Part shown: one piece after another, positions 13,488 through 25,950 of the stretch
How positions within the stretch are numbered: position 1 is the stretch's first letter
Layout: the number at the start of each line of letters is the position of its first letter
Source: Callorhinchus milii
Taxonomy: Eukaryota
NCBI RefSeq assembly: GCF_018977255.1
Contig: NW_024704742.1
Span: 84,136,001-84,200,000, forward strand
Direction of reading: 5' to 3'
Length of the DNA stretch: 64,000 nucleotides
The notes under the pieces: generated by a model
Told to the model about the DNA's origin: nothing
The model's database searches: none
What the model saw: the letters and a program-made list of their open reading frames with translations, nothing else
Program-made: the position numbers and the translations under genes

Positions 13488-13775
13488 AACAACAACAACA
13501 ACATTACATTTATAGAGCCCCTTTCACGTCGGGAGGACGTCCCAAAGCGCTGAACAGTCAGATGTCAGGGCCCGAGCATGGGGGAGGGGTGGTGTAGGGG
13601 TGAGGGAAGGCAGCGAGGTGGGAGAGAGACCAAAGGCACGGTCGAAGAGAAGGGTCTTGGGACCGGCCTTGAAGGAGGCAAGGGAGGAAGCGAGGCGAAG
13701 GCACCGTGGGATGAGTTCCAGAGTGTGGGGGCAGAGAGGCTGAAAGCCCGGCCACCGATGGTAGGGCGGGACGTA
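13488..13775 (-). mobile_element. L2 3' fragment
   Basis: (AAC)n tail, stem-loop, ccaccgatggtagggcgg; homologous to 3928-4240. Confidence 0.85.
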
Positions 13776-14285
13776 CTGTGTCAGCTTTTTCAGCCCTCTG
13801 GTACCTTATCCAAGGGCCAAGGAGGATGATGACTTTACTTCCAATACCATAGGGGTATGCCGTCGATATGTTCTTTTTAACTGCTTTATCTTTAGTCAGT
13901 AGAAGTATTCAGCCAGATTCATCTTTTTTTCTTGTTTTCAGTTATGAGAATCCTTAAAACAACAAGTCTAAAATAAAACAGCCACAAGCCTCTGACTGAT
14001 GTGTCAGATTAACCCCTATCCTCTTCCCTCCCTCACCATGCAAAAACAACAAATGCAGCCTGATGGATGGGCTTTGGCAGTCGTGCAAGAAGACAATGAA
14101 GTAGCAGATGTTTCAGTTTGCTGTCTCCAGAGGACTCTCCTGGCAGCCTGTTTCCCTACAAGTAGGAGAATCCCATGAAGGAGGAGACAGTGAAAATCAT
14201 GGGATTAATGCAGGTGTCCTCAGTTCATCGTGATCTTCCCAGTTAAGGATTTTAGATTGTGTTGGTTATTGGGATTTGTCCCCTT

Positions 14286-14425
14286 AGGAACACAGGAACA
14301 GGAGTAGGCCATTCAGCCCCTCAAGTCTGTACCACCATTCTATTAGATCATGGCTGATCTGTACCTCAACTCTAATTACTTGCCTTTGCCCCATGTCCCT
14401 TGATACCCTTACCTAACAAAAATAA
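14286..14425 (-). mobile_element. CR1-type LINE 3' end
   Basis: ggaacaggagtaggccattcagcccctcaag...agatcatggctgatctg resembles the reverse complement of the abundant chondrichthyan CR1 3' end (from memory). Confidence 0.65.
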
Positions 14426-14811
14426 AAATGTTGAACTGCCACTAACCCAACGTTAAGTAAACAAATGCGCTTTGTCTCAGGATAAATGAATAAAGCTTTT
14501 TCTGTTGCACAAACAGCAATGAAGACAAGATTGGTTTGGATGCAGAAGATCCTTCGGCTTATTTGGTCGCATCGTACCTGAATACCCCACTAATGTCTTT
14601 CCATCATAGCATCAAACTATTTTTAAACGAATCTAATCTGGCTTTACCAAGTTTGCTTTGGTCACCAAGTCTTCATGATATGATTCCCGTATTCTTGATT
14701 ATTAGTTATTTCAATGGCAATAGTGGGTAGTGGGAAATAGCCCTCTCAACATTAACACCCAGTTAGTGGTGTTATTTGGATATTCTGAGGGTTTGAGGAT
14801 TGAGGCATGTC

Positions 14812-15248
14812 AGCGTGGCTCAATTGGTAATACTGTGGCCTCTGAGTCAGAAGGTTGTAGGTTCAGGCCCCATGTCAGGACTTTCAACTCACACGGGCTA
14901 GACTGACACTTCTATGCAGTGCTGAGGGTGTGTTACATTGTTGGAGGTACTGTCCTTCGGATGAGACATTAAATTGATTATCATTTGCCTGTTCAAATAG
15001 TTATTAAAAATCCTATGACATAGTCTGGTGTCCTGAACAACTCCACCCTCACCCCCTACCCTCCAGATATAATTGGTCATTCACTTCATGGCCGTTTGAG
15101 GAATATTGCATTATTGCGGTGAGCAAAAATGGCTACAATGTTCGCCCACAAAAATACAATCACACCACTTTAGATTAAAATCCAGTGAAGCGTTTTGAGA
15201 CGTCTTCCCAACTTGAAAGGTACAAGATCAAATGAAAGGATTATTATA
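14812..15248 (+). mobile_element. DeuSINE-like (SacSINE1-like) SINE type B, near full length (copy B ~61081-61517)
   Basis: gtggctcaattggtaa...ctctgagtcagaaggttgtaggttca head, then ggaggtactgtccttcggatgagacattaaa (Deu-domain-like, recognised from memory), then the L2-like tail. Confidence 0.75.
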
Positions 15249-15880
15249 GAATATTTTCAATATCTGTTTAGCTCTGCACTGAATAATTACTGCAAGTAAT
15301 CCTCTTATTCCCTGATCTTTTGAGGCATTTGCTCACCAGTTGATGACTGGACTAGATTATTATGGACTAGATGTTATTTCCGCCAGCAGGCTTGAGTCAA
15401 TATGTGCAGCGACATTCTGTTGGGTCACCAATAAGTCTGGTTTACGCACATCGAAATTAGATCCCTCTATCACACAACAATTATTATAAGCGTCAAAATC
15501 CAGCTACTTTGCACATCAATAAGTGTATCGGATAGCTGCAGGATTCCAGAGAAGCCACAAGAGATAAAAAGAAACGCAGTGTATGAAAACTCCAGAATCT
15601 GTAATTTGTCAGCCCAGGGGAATCATGACACCAGGGCGTGTTTCTTTACCCAGAGCATAGTTAATGACTGGAACAGGTTGCCAGGAATGGTTGGTGAATC
15701 CAGGCGCTTGACTCATTTGAAAACAGTCCGATGCTGTGATTTTTTTAGGATCAGCAGGGTGTCCGACACATGCGTAAACACATCACAATACTTAAAAGTA
15801 TCCAAACCAGACTGAGAGTTCCACATATGTACGCCACCCACACATGGAAACATTCCTGTGTCTGGAATGGAATGCACACT

Positions 15881-16720
15881 CAACAACAACAAAAACAACA
15901 ACTTGCATTTATATAGCACCCCTCATACAGGGTAGCGTCCCAGAGCGCTTGACAGTGGCGGAGCATGTTGCTGAGCCGTGGGGAGGTAGGCACAGTCGAA
16001 GAGAATAGTGGATTTGAAGATTGGGCCAGAGGGGCAAGTGGAGGGATAGCAGAAGAGTGTTCCAGAGTTTCAGGATGTAGTGGATGAATGTGTAGCCACT
16101 GATGGGACAAGCAGGAGTATGGAGCCAGTCGAGCAAAGACAGTAGGTATTGGGTTGGGGAATAAACAGGTCAGAGAGGTAGGGAGATGCCAGGGCATGAA
16201 GGGATTTGAAGACGAGTGTGAGGATCTTGAAATTGAACGTTTGGGAATAGGAACAACAACAACAAGATTCCATTTATAAAGCGCCTTTCACGTCAGGAGG
16301 ACGTCCCAAGGCGCTGCACAGTTGGAAGCCTGTGGAGCCTGGCTAGAACTGGTGTGAAGGGGTACAAAGTTAGTGTGGGTGAATATGCGGGTGACAGAGT
16401 TATGGATTAACTGGATTTTGTGGATAGTGGAGCTGGGGAGACCGATGAGGAGGACATTTGAGTAGTCGAGGCGGGAGGTGACGAATCATGGACTCCTTCC
16501 GTGGAGGGACACATCTTGCTTATTTCATTCCAGAGAGTATTAGCAAGAGCCAACCTTTGGGGACGCCAGAATGTCGTTGGGTGCTGTGATGATAGGGTTG
16601 ACATTCTGGAGGGAGAGATCAAATGGGTCCATAACCTGACAGGAAGAGGGAAAGAGGATTTTGCTCCTTCACTACAGTGACAGAAAGAAGATACTGAGGG
16701 AACTCTCATTCAACAAGAAA
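15881..16720 (-). mobile_element. Older L2 fragment with a younger L2 tail (16252-16325) inserted
   Basis: FKILTLVFKSLHAL..YLSDL motif; two (AAC)n tails. Confidence 0.75.
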
Positions 16721-19700
16721 TATCCCTTTCTTGCAGTGAGATATTAGCCCATTTGGGCATACTTTCCACAATTTCTCTCACTTATGCAATGGGTTGACTG
16801 TATTTTAATTTCGAAATAAAATCAATATGCTAAGAAATAAAGCCCAATTCAGTCAATATCGTATCATTTCTCCAAATTATTATTTTCTAATAATGATTCA
16901 TGCTGATTTTCCGCTTTCTCGCTCGCCCTAAGAACTAATGAATCAGTCAGATGCAAAGCCACAGATTGTTTTGGGGATTTGAAACCATGCCCATCTGGCT
17001 GGGAAATGGTCAGTGTGCCCTTCCTGCCTCTTTGAAGTAATATTGAAGAAATATCAGGTCAAGGTGGCCTACTGGGTCCTGTCTATTGAAACATTTTCTG
17101 CTGATCTCAGATTTATAGGGTATAGTGTATAACCAGCTGTTCTTTTTATGGGTGCAGGTCTGTTCATTGCTGCCAGTAAATCACATTGAAAACAGTGCAT
17201 TCACCTCATTGTTGTAAGGGACCCCGAAGAGGTAATATGGTCCACTGTGATAGTCGTCTGCAAGTTTCTTACGCTCACATACACACAAACTCCTTCATGC
17301 CCTAGTACCTGCCTATTTCTTTGACTTTCTTGTACCCCACTCCTCTGCCATCGCCTCCACTTCAATCAGCTAAAACAGACTTACTGTGCACGCTCTGATC
17401 CCTCTGCACCTCACCCCGTTTATCATTAAATCCCACTGTAAAACCCACCTCTTCGACTGCACGTATGATCACCACCCCCTCCCCATTCTCCCTTGCTTGT
17501 GGTCCACCACTGCCACAGTGAAACCCTCCGAGATATTATCCTACACAATGGGCGCTATATAAATGCAAATTGTTGTCGTCGTACGCCTCTGCCATTCATT
17601 AGATTTTCAGCTGCAAAGGGATTTTACTGAAAAGATTCTTCACCAGCATGTGGAGGATGTGAATTACAACAATTTAATGGAAAACTAATAAATAGCGTTC
17701 AGTCATCATCTGGTGCAAGAAGAGTACCCCGGAGCACTGTTTGAATGAAAAAGCACCATTAATTTATTCCTGGGTCAGTGACAAGCCATACAGCCATAAA
17801 AAGCAAACTCACTTCAAAGCACTGGGAAGGTTGCATTTTGCTTTGGATTTTATGGACCAGACTTCGCTGGTCCCTGGTGGAACTTTTATCAAAATAAATT
17901 ATTTCAGTTGGTTTCCACAAGAGTTACCAAAGTATGACAACTACAGAATAGTTATTCAATCCACTTTTTGTTCTTCCTCTAAAGGCATAGTTGGCTCTTC
18001 TTTTCTTTTCATTCGGATGAGATGTTAAACAGGTCCTGTCTGTTTGTTCAGGTGGGTGTTAAAGATCCCATGGTACTATTCGAAAAGATAAGGAAGTTTC
18101 TCCTGGTATCTTGGCTATCAATCCCCCAAATAAAATTGATCATTCACTTAATTTCTGTTTGTGGGACATTGTTGTGCACAAATTGGTTGCTGTGTTTGTC
18201 TCTAAATACTCGGTCACTTACATTCACAGTAAAATCTTGTAAAACAATTTGAGATGTCTCAACAACATGGTGAGGTTCTTTAGACAATGGACAGGGGATC
18301 AGGGACATCTCAGCCCAGCTTATCCTCACCAGGCATTCACACAATGCACTTTATTGCTCTTGATAGAGATCAAGAGCAGGAACATTGGTAGATTTAGGTC
18401 TAAGACATACAGTGATCAGTAAATACTGTGGTAACAGATGTTGGAGATTTTAGCTGTTAAGAGTGCAGCATGCAGAGCTTTACACCACTATTTGAGTACC
18501 TCCTTTGGGTGGGGCTCCTTGGACTTAGTGAAGTCAAACCAGAAGGAAATGTGGCTTTTAGATGCTGCAATTTATATGCCCAAATGATGGGCTACAGCTT
18601 TAAATTTAGCAGGACAATTGCAGTCTGCCCTTGCTATCTTTTGCACTGCTCCTCACCATATAAATAACTGAAGAACAAATGCACAATCCAAACAGCCAGA
18701 AGCTACAAGGCTTACCATCTTGGTGCAGGCTCTGAAACTGAACCACACTGTGCAAAAATAGATGGCCAGCAGATTCTAAGCATCAGCTTTAAACGGTTTG
18801 ATTGCTTCCCCTGCACGTTTCTGCTCATAGGACAACAGAGAGAATGACCATGAATAGGGAGATTGACCATGAGCAGAGAGAATCTCTATGAAAAAGACTC
18901 TCATTTCTCACCTGGTCAGAGGCACAGTGTAAGTTAGGCGAGGTCTTATTGAATAGGATCTTATGGGGCCTGTATCTAAATCGCTCATCGGATCCATCAC
19001 AACTCAGGTTGATTTATGACTGAGCTGTGATGTTCTTACTCTCGTGAATAGCCCTTATACTGCAAGCAAAGAATAGTTTTGATTTATTATACAGCTGATA
19101 CGAAAAGGACCAAAATACTTTTAGTTCTCATCCATCTTGTATTTTTAGTCAGTACGGTACATGGACACTGAGGTTTACAGCATGCCAGCCTCTGTTTCCT
19201 GGAACAGCTGAATAGAATACTTGGCTCCACAGTCAATCCCAAGGTGGAAAATAAACACCCAGGATGCTCCCGGACTCACCTTCACATCCAGCACGATTTC
19301 ACTGGATTCCACATGGGGAAATACTTGAGTCTGTGATTTGCTTCCCAAAAATCATGGGTATCTGGTTACTTACCTCTTACCTTCCCTTCTTCCCTCTTAT
19401 ACATAGTGGGGTCGAAAAACGCAATATGTTATTTGAACACGTGGAATAGGCCCACAACTTCTTGGGTGAGCACTGGAGGTTGACCAAGACACTAACAACT
19501 TCCTCCTAAATGTATTTGAAGAAAACCTAAACAAGGCAAGCTCAAAACATTTACCTTTGTGTATCTTTACAGCGAGGAATATCGCCGATGTTTGAATTCC
19601 ATTAAATAGTCAGGAAGAAAGGAGTGAAATAAGAAATCTTGATGTTCATTCATGAAGACTATCAACATGTGAAGTCCCACAGGCAAGGGAGATTTCATGG

Positions 19701-20814
19701 TCTGATCGTTGGTAAATTTATTGACCACTGGAGAGCCAGACACACTTGCCCACCAAAGTCAGTGAACCAACACTCACTCCAGTAAAACCTAACAATAAAT
19801 GATGGTTGAGAAGAAGTCTTAATAGTGTAGCACTTGGGACAGCATAATGATGTAGTGGATAGAACTACAGTTTACAGAGCAGGGGCATGATGGTTCAAAC
19901 CCTGAGCTAAAGTTTGTTAGTTTCTGCCGAGGAGAGGTTAAATTGACCCCAGCCTTCCTTGGGATAGGTTGGTTAAAATCAGTTTGGTTTTGCCCACAAA
20001 ATATACACTCAGTTCACTTTACAGTACATTCTGTGAAGCGCTTTGAGACATCTCGAAGATGTGATAAGATACTATATCAAATGCAATGATTATTATCATT
20101 ATTTATTCACCTGGTCCCTCCACAGCACCCTCTACTGGTTGTGCACAGAAGTTGCAGCCAGGTGGGAAAAGGTCAAGCTCAGTTGTGATGCCCTCTTTTG
20201 TTGAGTTGCCTTCGACACTCACTGCTAAGGCTCACATATTAATAATGGTCACTTGGGCAGGGGACCAGAGGGCAACCAACAACTATGCAACTGTAGCCCA
20301 GAAAGAGGAGGCCAGATCAAGAGCAGAGGCATTTTCAATGGGGAGAAAATTAATTGGAAACACTAAATTAATAAAATATATATAATATCCTTGCTTTTTT
20401 TTATAGCTCCTTATCATGTCTCAAAACGCTTCACAGAATATACTGTCAAGTGAATTGACTGTATTTTGTGGGCAAAAAAAAACAGCAGTGGAATTTGATT
20501 ACGATGTTCAGTGGTAGAATAAGATGTACGGTATTTAGGGATAGGCGAGGCCAATTCCATCTGCACAAAATGGAATTTTGTATACCACAAACATCCATGG
20601 AGTGAATGATCAATTTTATCAGGGGGATTGTTGGCCAGGACACCGAAAGACACCGCTCTTTTCTCTAAATTTATTGGCGACATCTGCATCAGTGCTCTTC
20701 GCTGCAATTTTTCAAGTATAAAATTGCCAGTGATGGATGCAGTCCTGGTTTCACAAAGTTTCTTTTTCACAAACACTGCTACTTGAAAGTTGTTTATCTG
20801 ATTTATCAAACAAA

Positions 20815-21186
20815 TCTGTTCAAATCCCTTCACTCTCTTCATCTCTCGACCTCTCCGACCTCCTCACTCCCCAGTCCACCACCCGGTGCCTCTACTCAAC
20901 TGGCACTGGCCTCCTGCTTGTTCCTCACATCCTCCGCCCCACCATCGAAGGTTGCGCTTTCAGCCACTACGCCCCGGAACTCTGGAACACTCTCCCTCAA
21001 TCCTTCCATCTTGTCCTCTCTCTGCCCTCTTTCAAATCCGTCTGAAAAGTTTCCTGTTCGGCCGTGCTTACAGTCACCTCCCCCGTCCCCTGGCTCAGCG
21101 TCAGGCTCAGCCACTGTTAAGCGCTCTGAGAAGCTGCCTTGTGTGGAGGGCACTATATAAGTGCAACTTGTTGTTGATCTTGTTGT
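20815..21186 (+). mobile_element. L2 3' fragment
   Basis: AFSHYAPELWNTLP motif, tgttgttg tail. Confidence 0.8.
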
Positions 21187-21444
21187 AAATCTGGTACTTA
21201 GAAGAAAAAAACTAATGTGTATGGATGCTGAGGATTGACCTCACCCCCTCCTTCCTTGTGACCCTGGATTATATATCATTTGAAAGGCTTCCAAGTTTAA
21301 AAAAAACCCTCTGATAATCATTGACCATGACAGGCTAGTGGATGTATAATAATCATAATAAAAATAATAATTGTTACCCTTCACATTCCGAAGATGTTTC
21401 ATACAATACAAAGGGAAGTGTGTATTTTGCTGGCGAACGCAACA

Positions 21445-21610
21445 GGAGTCCTGTAACTTAGTGGTTAGAGCACCTGCCTCGCAAGCAAGAAGACCCGGGT
21501 TCGATTCCTAGGCCGAGCAAAACCTAAGGTAAGTTTCCTTACTCCACACAGATGCCTCTGTTTACCTAGCAGTAAGTAGGTACCGGTTGTTAGGCAATTG
21601 GTGGATTACT
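21445..21610 (+). mobile_element. SINE type A 5' half
   Basis: ggagtcctgtaacttagtggttagagc...gggttcgattcc followed by the core gcctctgtttacctagcagtaagtaggtacc. Confidence 0.8.
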
Positions 21611-22009
21611 TGGACATTGCTTTATGACTCTGGTGGGAAGGTTGCAGCACCTAAAAGATTGCTCTTCAGGTGTTCATGAAAACAAATGAATGTTATCTTC
21701 GAAACACTGCTGCCGATTTCCTGGTCATTTCTGTGTGACTAATGGTGACACTGAAATGATTGTCATAAGACAAGCATTATTTCCTTTTATGAAATGTTTG
21801 TGGTAATTTTTTGCAGCACGAATAAATTTGTGTAAGATCTACTCTTTGGTAATAATATTTGGGTAATCTTTCCCCTTCATCCTCTGTTGGCTCTTGGGTA
21901 CCAAGCCAGGATTGTTAAGTGCCGTGGAACATCCTCATGACGTGAAAGGCTCTATATAAATGTAAATTTGTATTGTATATATACATGAGGAGTACAATGG
22001 TAGTAATGA

Positions 22010-24173
22010 GTTATTTACTCTACATTTTTATTCAGCCAACAAGGTATTCTTATCATTATAAAAAATATTCATGTTCAATGCACTTCTAATAAGGTGGAAG
22101 AGATTTTATTATATATTACATGATATTTATGCATGCAAATTCTATACATCTAATAATGGAAAAATTCTGTACTTTTTACTAATGACATTTGGTGTAATGC
22201 TATACCTTCAATGGAGGATCATGTGCTGTGGTCCAATGTGTAATGAAATATTTTGGACCTCATGACCTGTGTGTAACTTTTTCAAACCACCTTATACTAT
22301 TCAGCGTTATTGCACAGGAGACTGACAAGCTGGTATGTTCTTGTGATTAAATACACAGGGTAAAGGAGACAACAGAGCAAGTAATTTACTAGTTACTGGC
22401 TTGAACCACTGTGCTCCAGCCTTCGGTAGTTTCTCCCTATTGCCTGGTTGCTAGGTGACAGAGCTTGTTAATCTCACTAACTAAGCAGTCAGAGGGCCCC
22501 TTACATGCCAAACCATGATTGACTGTACCGCTTCCCATTTACCGGAAGAGATACACTTCCCCCAGTATAATTGAGTGCAAATGAACATTAAACTTTTCCA
22601 ATATTTGGCTCACGGAATTTCAACCCTAAGATGCCTAACAACTAATTAGTTGCCAATTTAATTAATGGGGCGTTGTTCAATGTTCAGTCGCTGACAAGTC
22701 CTGGGTTTAGACTTTTCCAAGAGAAAACCTAGCTGACTAGAGCCACATTATCTCTTGAGAACATTGCAACCTGTATCCAGCTGTGCTGATTTACAATTGC
22801 CAGTATGTCTTTGGCATTTTGGTGTGAAAAAGTACTTTCATGTTAATTGTACTGCACAACTATAACATAAAGAATGCTGCAATCAATGCAAACCTTTCAA
22901 CAGGCTGAAGAATAACAGACTTTCTCTGTCTCACTGGAAGTATAAGACAGTCTTTGTATTGACAACACTTTATTGTTCAAAAGACCACTCACCAGCTATT
23001 TCCAAAAGTAGTTTCTAAAAGAACTTTTTCCCGTTTGACTCGAGCACAGTGGAGTTTTTATAGAAGGTGAAGATTAAAGCATGTGTTCTATGTATGTACA
23101 TTATGTTGGATCCGGTCTCCAATACCACTCTTTGTAAAGGAGCCCAGTCTTCTGGTGGTGTGCGAATGGCTTGCGTGACATATGACTCAGTCTGAATGGA
23201 ATCTGAAAATCATTAGCAGATCTTAGGGCCTGCTTCTACTGCTGTTGACCACTCAAAAGAACGCAAAGTAAAATTCCAGCATTGCTTCAGACTCAAATTC
23301 TGCCTCTCCTAAAGTATTTCCATTCAATCACAATCCATTTAAATTATTTGGCAAAAAAATACCCACACGATTAACTTCAGCAGCCTTCTGAAAGAGGGAA
23401 TCAATAATGTGATGATGACAGTCTGTGGGATTTTACTGATTTATGGAAATCAAACCATTGTTTTCTGTGAACTTGCTATACATACAGTGGAGATTTGTTA
23501 ATCTGACTTTAGGGAATCTATTCTGTCGGCAATACTTGTGCAATATTTTTTGCAATATCTCTGTTTAATTTATATCCAGCAGTTTCAATCCAGCAAAGTA
23601 AAACATCTGACAAAGTCCATATCATTGAGTCTCCACTATTGCATTTGGATAGGTCCTGCCCATCTGTTCTCTGTCCAAACGGCTCACTGTTTTCTACAGA
23701 CCTCTAGCTGAAAGACACCTCTACAGTCGTTAAGATATTTCACTCTTATTTCTCAATGTTGATGAAGCATGTTTTTTTAAAAAAACAGGTAAGTGATAAA
23801 AAATATTATTTTAGTAATAATACATCACTATATACACATTTAAAAAATAAATGTCTACCATATTCCCTAACCAGGGTTATAAACAATGGATATGGTTTTC
23901 CTTCAGAACAATGTCTCATCTTGTATGAGTATCCTAGGTCAGCCTTGGTTGAAATATAGACCTTAAAGTGGATATAACTATTGGTTTCCATCATTCTGAA
24001 CTGCTTGTCCTCAGAGTCTCAGCCTCCCTGGGCCATGTCAAGTGTGTCGAAGGCTGCCGGTCCAACATTTCAGACCTGTACACGGCAGTGCCCCAGCCAC
24101 CATTATCATGATTGCAGGGGGACAGGCAGGCAGATGTCTCATCATGTGGAGTTATGACAGCGCAGGAGATGCA
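22010..24173 (-). other. MUSK: Probable MUSK 3'UTR with candidate AATAAA signals (22969-22974 and 22027-22032)
   Basis: About 2.1 kb directly after the stop with no recognisable SINE/LINE copy, in a region otherwise full of them. TTTATT on + at both positions. Confidence 0.5.
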
Positions 24174-24856
24174 TCACACTTGATACGTAGCTGTGATACG
24201 CTCGTGGATGCGCTCCAAAATGCGATGGATGCTTGCAAAGCTTGGCCGGTCAGATGGCATCTTACTCCAGCAAAGACGCATCAGGTTGTAAAGCTCCAGT
24301 GGACAGACTTCAGGGCACGTGAGAATGTTTCCATCTCGGACGTAGTAAATTACCTCTTCATGAGCCATTCCATAGTAAGGCTGCATGCCGTAGGAGAAGA
24401 TCTCCCACAGGATCACCCCATAAGCCCACACGTCTGATTCCGTAGTATAACGATTGAAGAAAATAGACTCTGGTGGCATCCATCGAATTGGAATAGCATC
24501 ATTCTCGTTTGCTTTATAATAGTCTGCAGAGTAGATATTCCTTGAAAGTCCAAAGTCAGCGATTTTAACCACCAGATTCTCCCCGACCAAACAGTTCCTT
24601 GTAGCCAGGTCACGATGAACAAACTTCCGTTCAGACAGATAGGCCATGCCAGCTGCAATCTGCTTGGCAACATTAAGCTGGTCAGTGCAACTTAGGGGTA
24701 ACAAGTCAGTGTCTGACCCAGTGCTCCGTCCTGCAAGACTAATCTGGCTCAAAGTGCGGATGTTCATAGAGGATCGTCTGCGTAAATACTCGTTCAGGTC
24801 TCCAAAAGCCATGTACTCAAACAGCAAGCACATGGGTTTCCCAACAGCACACACTC
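24174..24856 (-). CDS. MUSK: MuSK last coding exon, kinase C-lobe to stop ([15 protein letters not shown]...HRDLATRN...[15 protein letters not shown]...PIRWMPPES...ERITATYQV*)
   Basis: Lies within ORF 24174..25016. [11 protein letters not shown] and activation loop YSADYYK are diagnostic for MuSK. Acceptor ttccctacag| at 24857-24858, TGA at 24174-24176. Confidence 0.97.
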
Positions 24857-24984
24857 CTGTAGGGAAAGGGAAACAGACATCAAGATTGCAACATGATATA
24901 CACTCTGCTGTGTAAATTAAAAGACAACTGACTTTTTCCATTTTCTTCTGAAATATTTGATTAACAAGGAATGTACATCTGGAG

Positions 24985-25950
24985 GGAGAATGTTCTTCTT
25001 CAGTCAGCGCCTCCACACCTCAGGAACTGACAGCATCACCATCCAAGGATGCACACTCCACCTCACTAAGCCTGTCTGGAACCTTGGGGTCTTGTTTGAA
25101 CCTCGACTATCCTTTCTACCCCACATCCATGCCATAGCCAGCTCTGCCTTCCCCCATGTCCGCTACAACTTCCTCCCCTGACTCCACTGGCTTCCCATCA
25201 CCCAGAGGATACAGATCAAGATCCTGGTCCTCACCTTCAAAGCCTTCCATGGCCTCACTCCCCCCACCTCTGGAACCTCCTAACTCCCTACTATTCTGCC
25301 CGCTCCCTCTGCTCAGCGGGCTCCGGCCTGCTTTACGTCCGTCGCCTCACCCACCCCACCATTGGTGGGCGGGCCTTCAGCCACTCTGCCCCCACCCTCA
25401 GGAACTCCATCCCGCAGTCCCTCAGCCTCGGCCTCTCCCTTGCCTCCTTCAAGACCCATCTCAAGATCCTCCTCTTCGACCGTGCTTTTGATCACCCTGC
25501 TTCCCCCCCCTGCCCTCCACACTCCCCGATCCCGACCCCCAGCTCGGGTCCGAAACACTGACTGTCTAGCGCCTTGGGTCGTCCTCCCAATGTGAAAGGC
25601 GCTATACAAATATAATTTTGTTGGTGTTGTTCTTGATATAGAAAATTACGCAAAAACAACAAATTATATTTGTATAGTGTCTTTCACGTCAGGAGGACGT
25701 CTCAAGGCACTGGAGAGTCAGGGATTTGGAACTAAGCTGGGTGTTGGAATCAGGAGGGGTGGAGGGCAGGGAGGGTTGGGGTAGGAGGGTGATGAAGGCA
25801 CGGTCGAAAAGGAGGGACTCGAGATGGGAATTAAAGGAGTCAAAGGAGGGAGCAAGGCAAAGGGATTGTTGGATGGAGTTCCATAGGGTGGGGCAGAAAG
25901 GCTGAAGGCCCAACCGCAGATGGTGGGGTGGGGGGGTGAAGGAGCGGACA
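24985..25950. mobile_element. Tail-to-tail L2 3' fragments (24985-25630 +; 25655-25950 -) in the last MUSK intron
   Basis: [24 protein letters not shown] and LHWLP on +; the reverse-oriented 3'UTR follows. Confidence 0.8.

Larger units (their letters stand above)
2885..17732 (+). repeat. Copy A of ~14.8 kb direct segmental duplication
   Basis: tgactcaattccaacc... at 2885 matches 49248, and ...agagtaccccgg at 17732 matches 64000. The ORF track repeats (e.g. 3092..3274 = 49455..49637; 14898..15080 = 61167..61349). Confidence 0.97.

Noticed and set aside
24857..25016. N-terminal extension of the 280-aa kinase ORF suggesting a standalone gene or retrocopy
   Set aside because: It is intron read-through upstream of a canonical acceptor; the spliced upstream exons are present.
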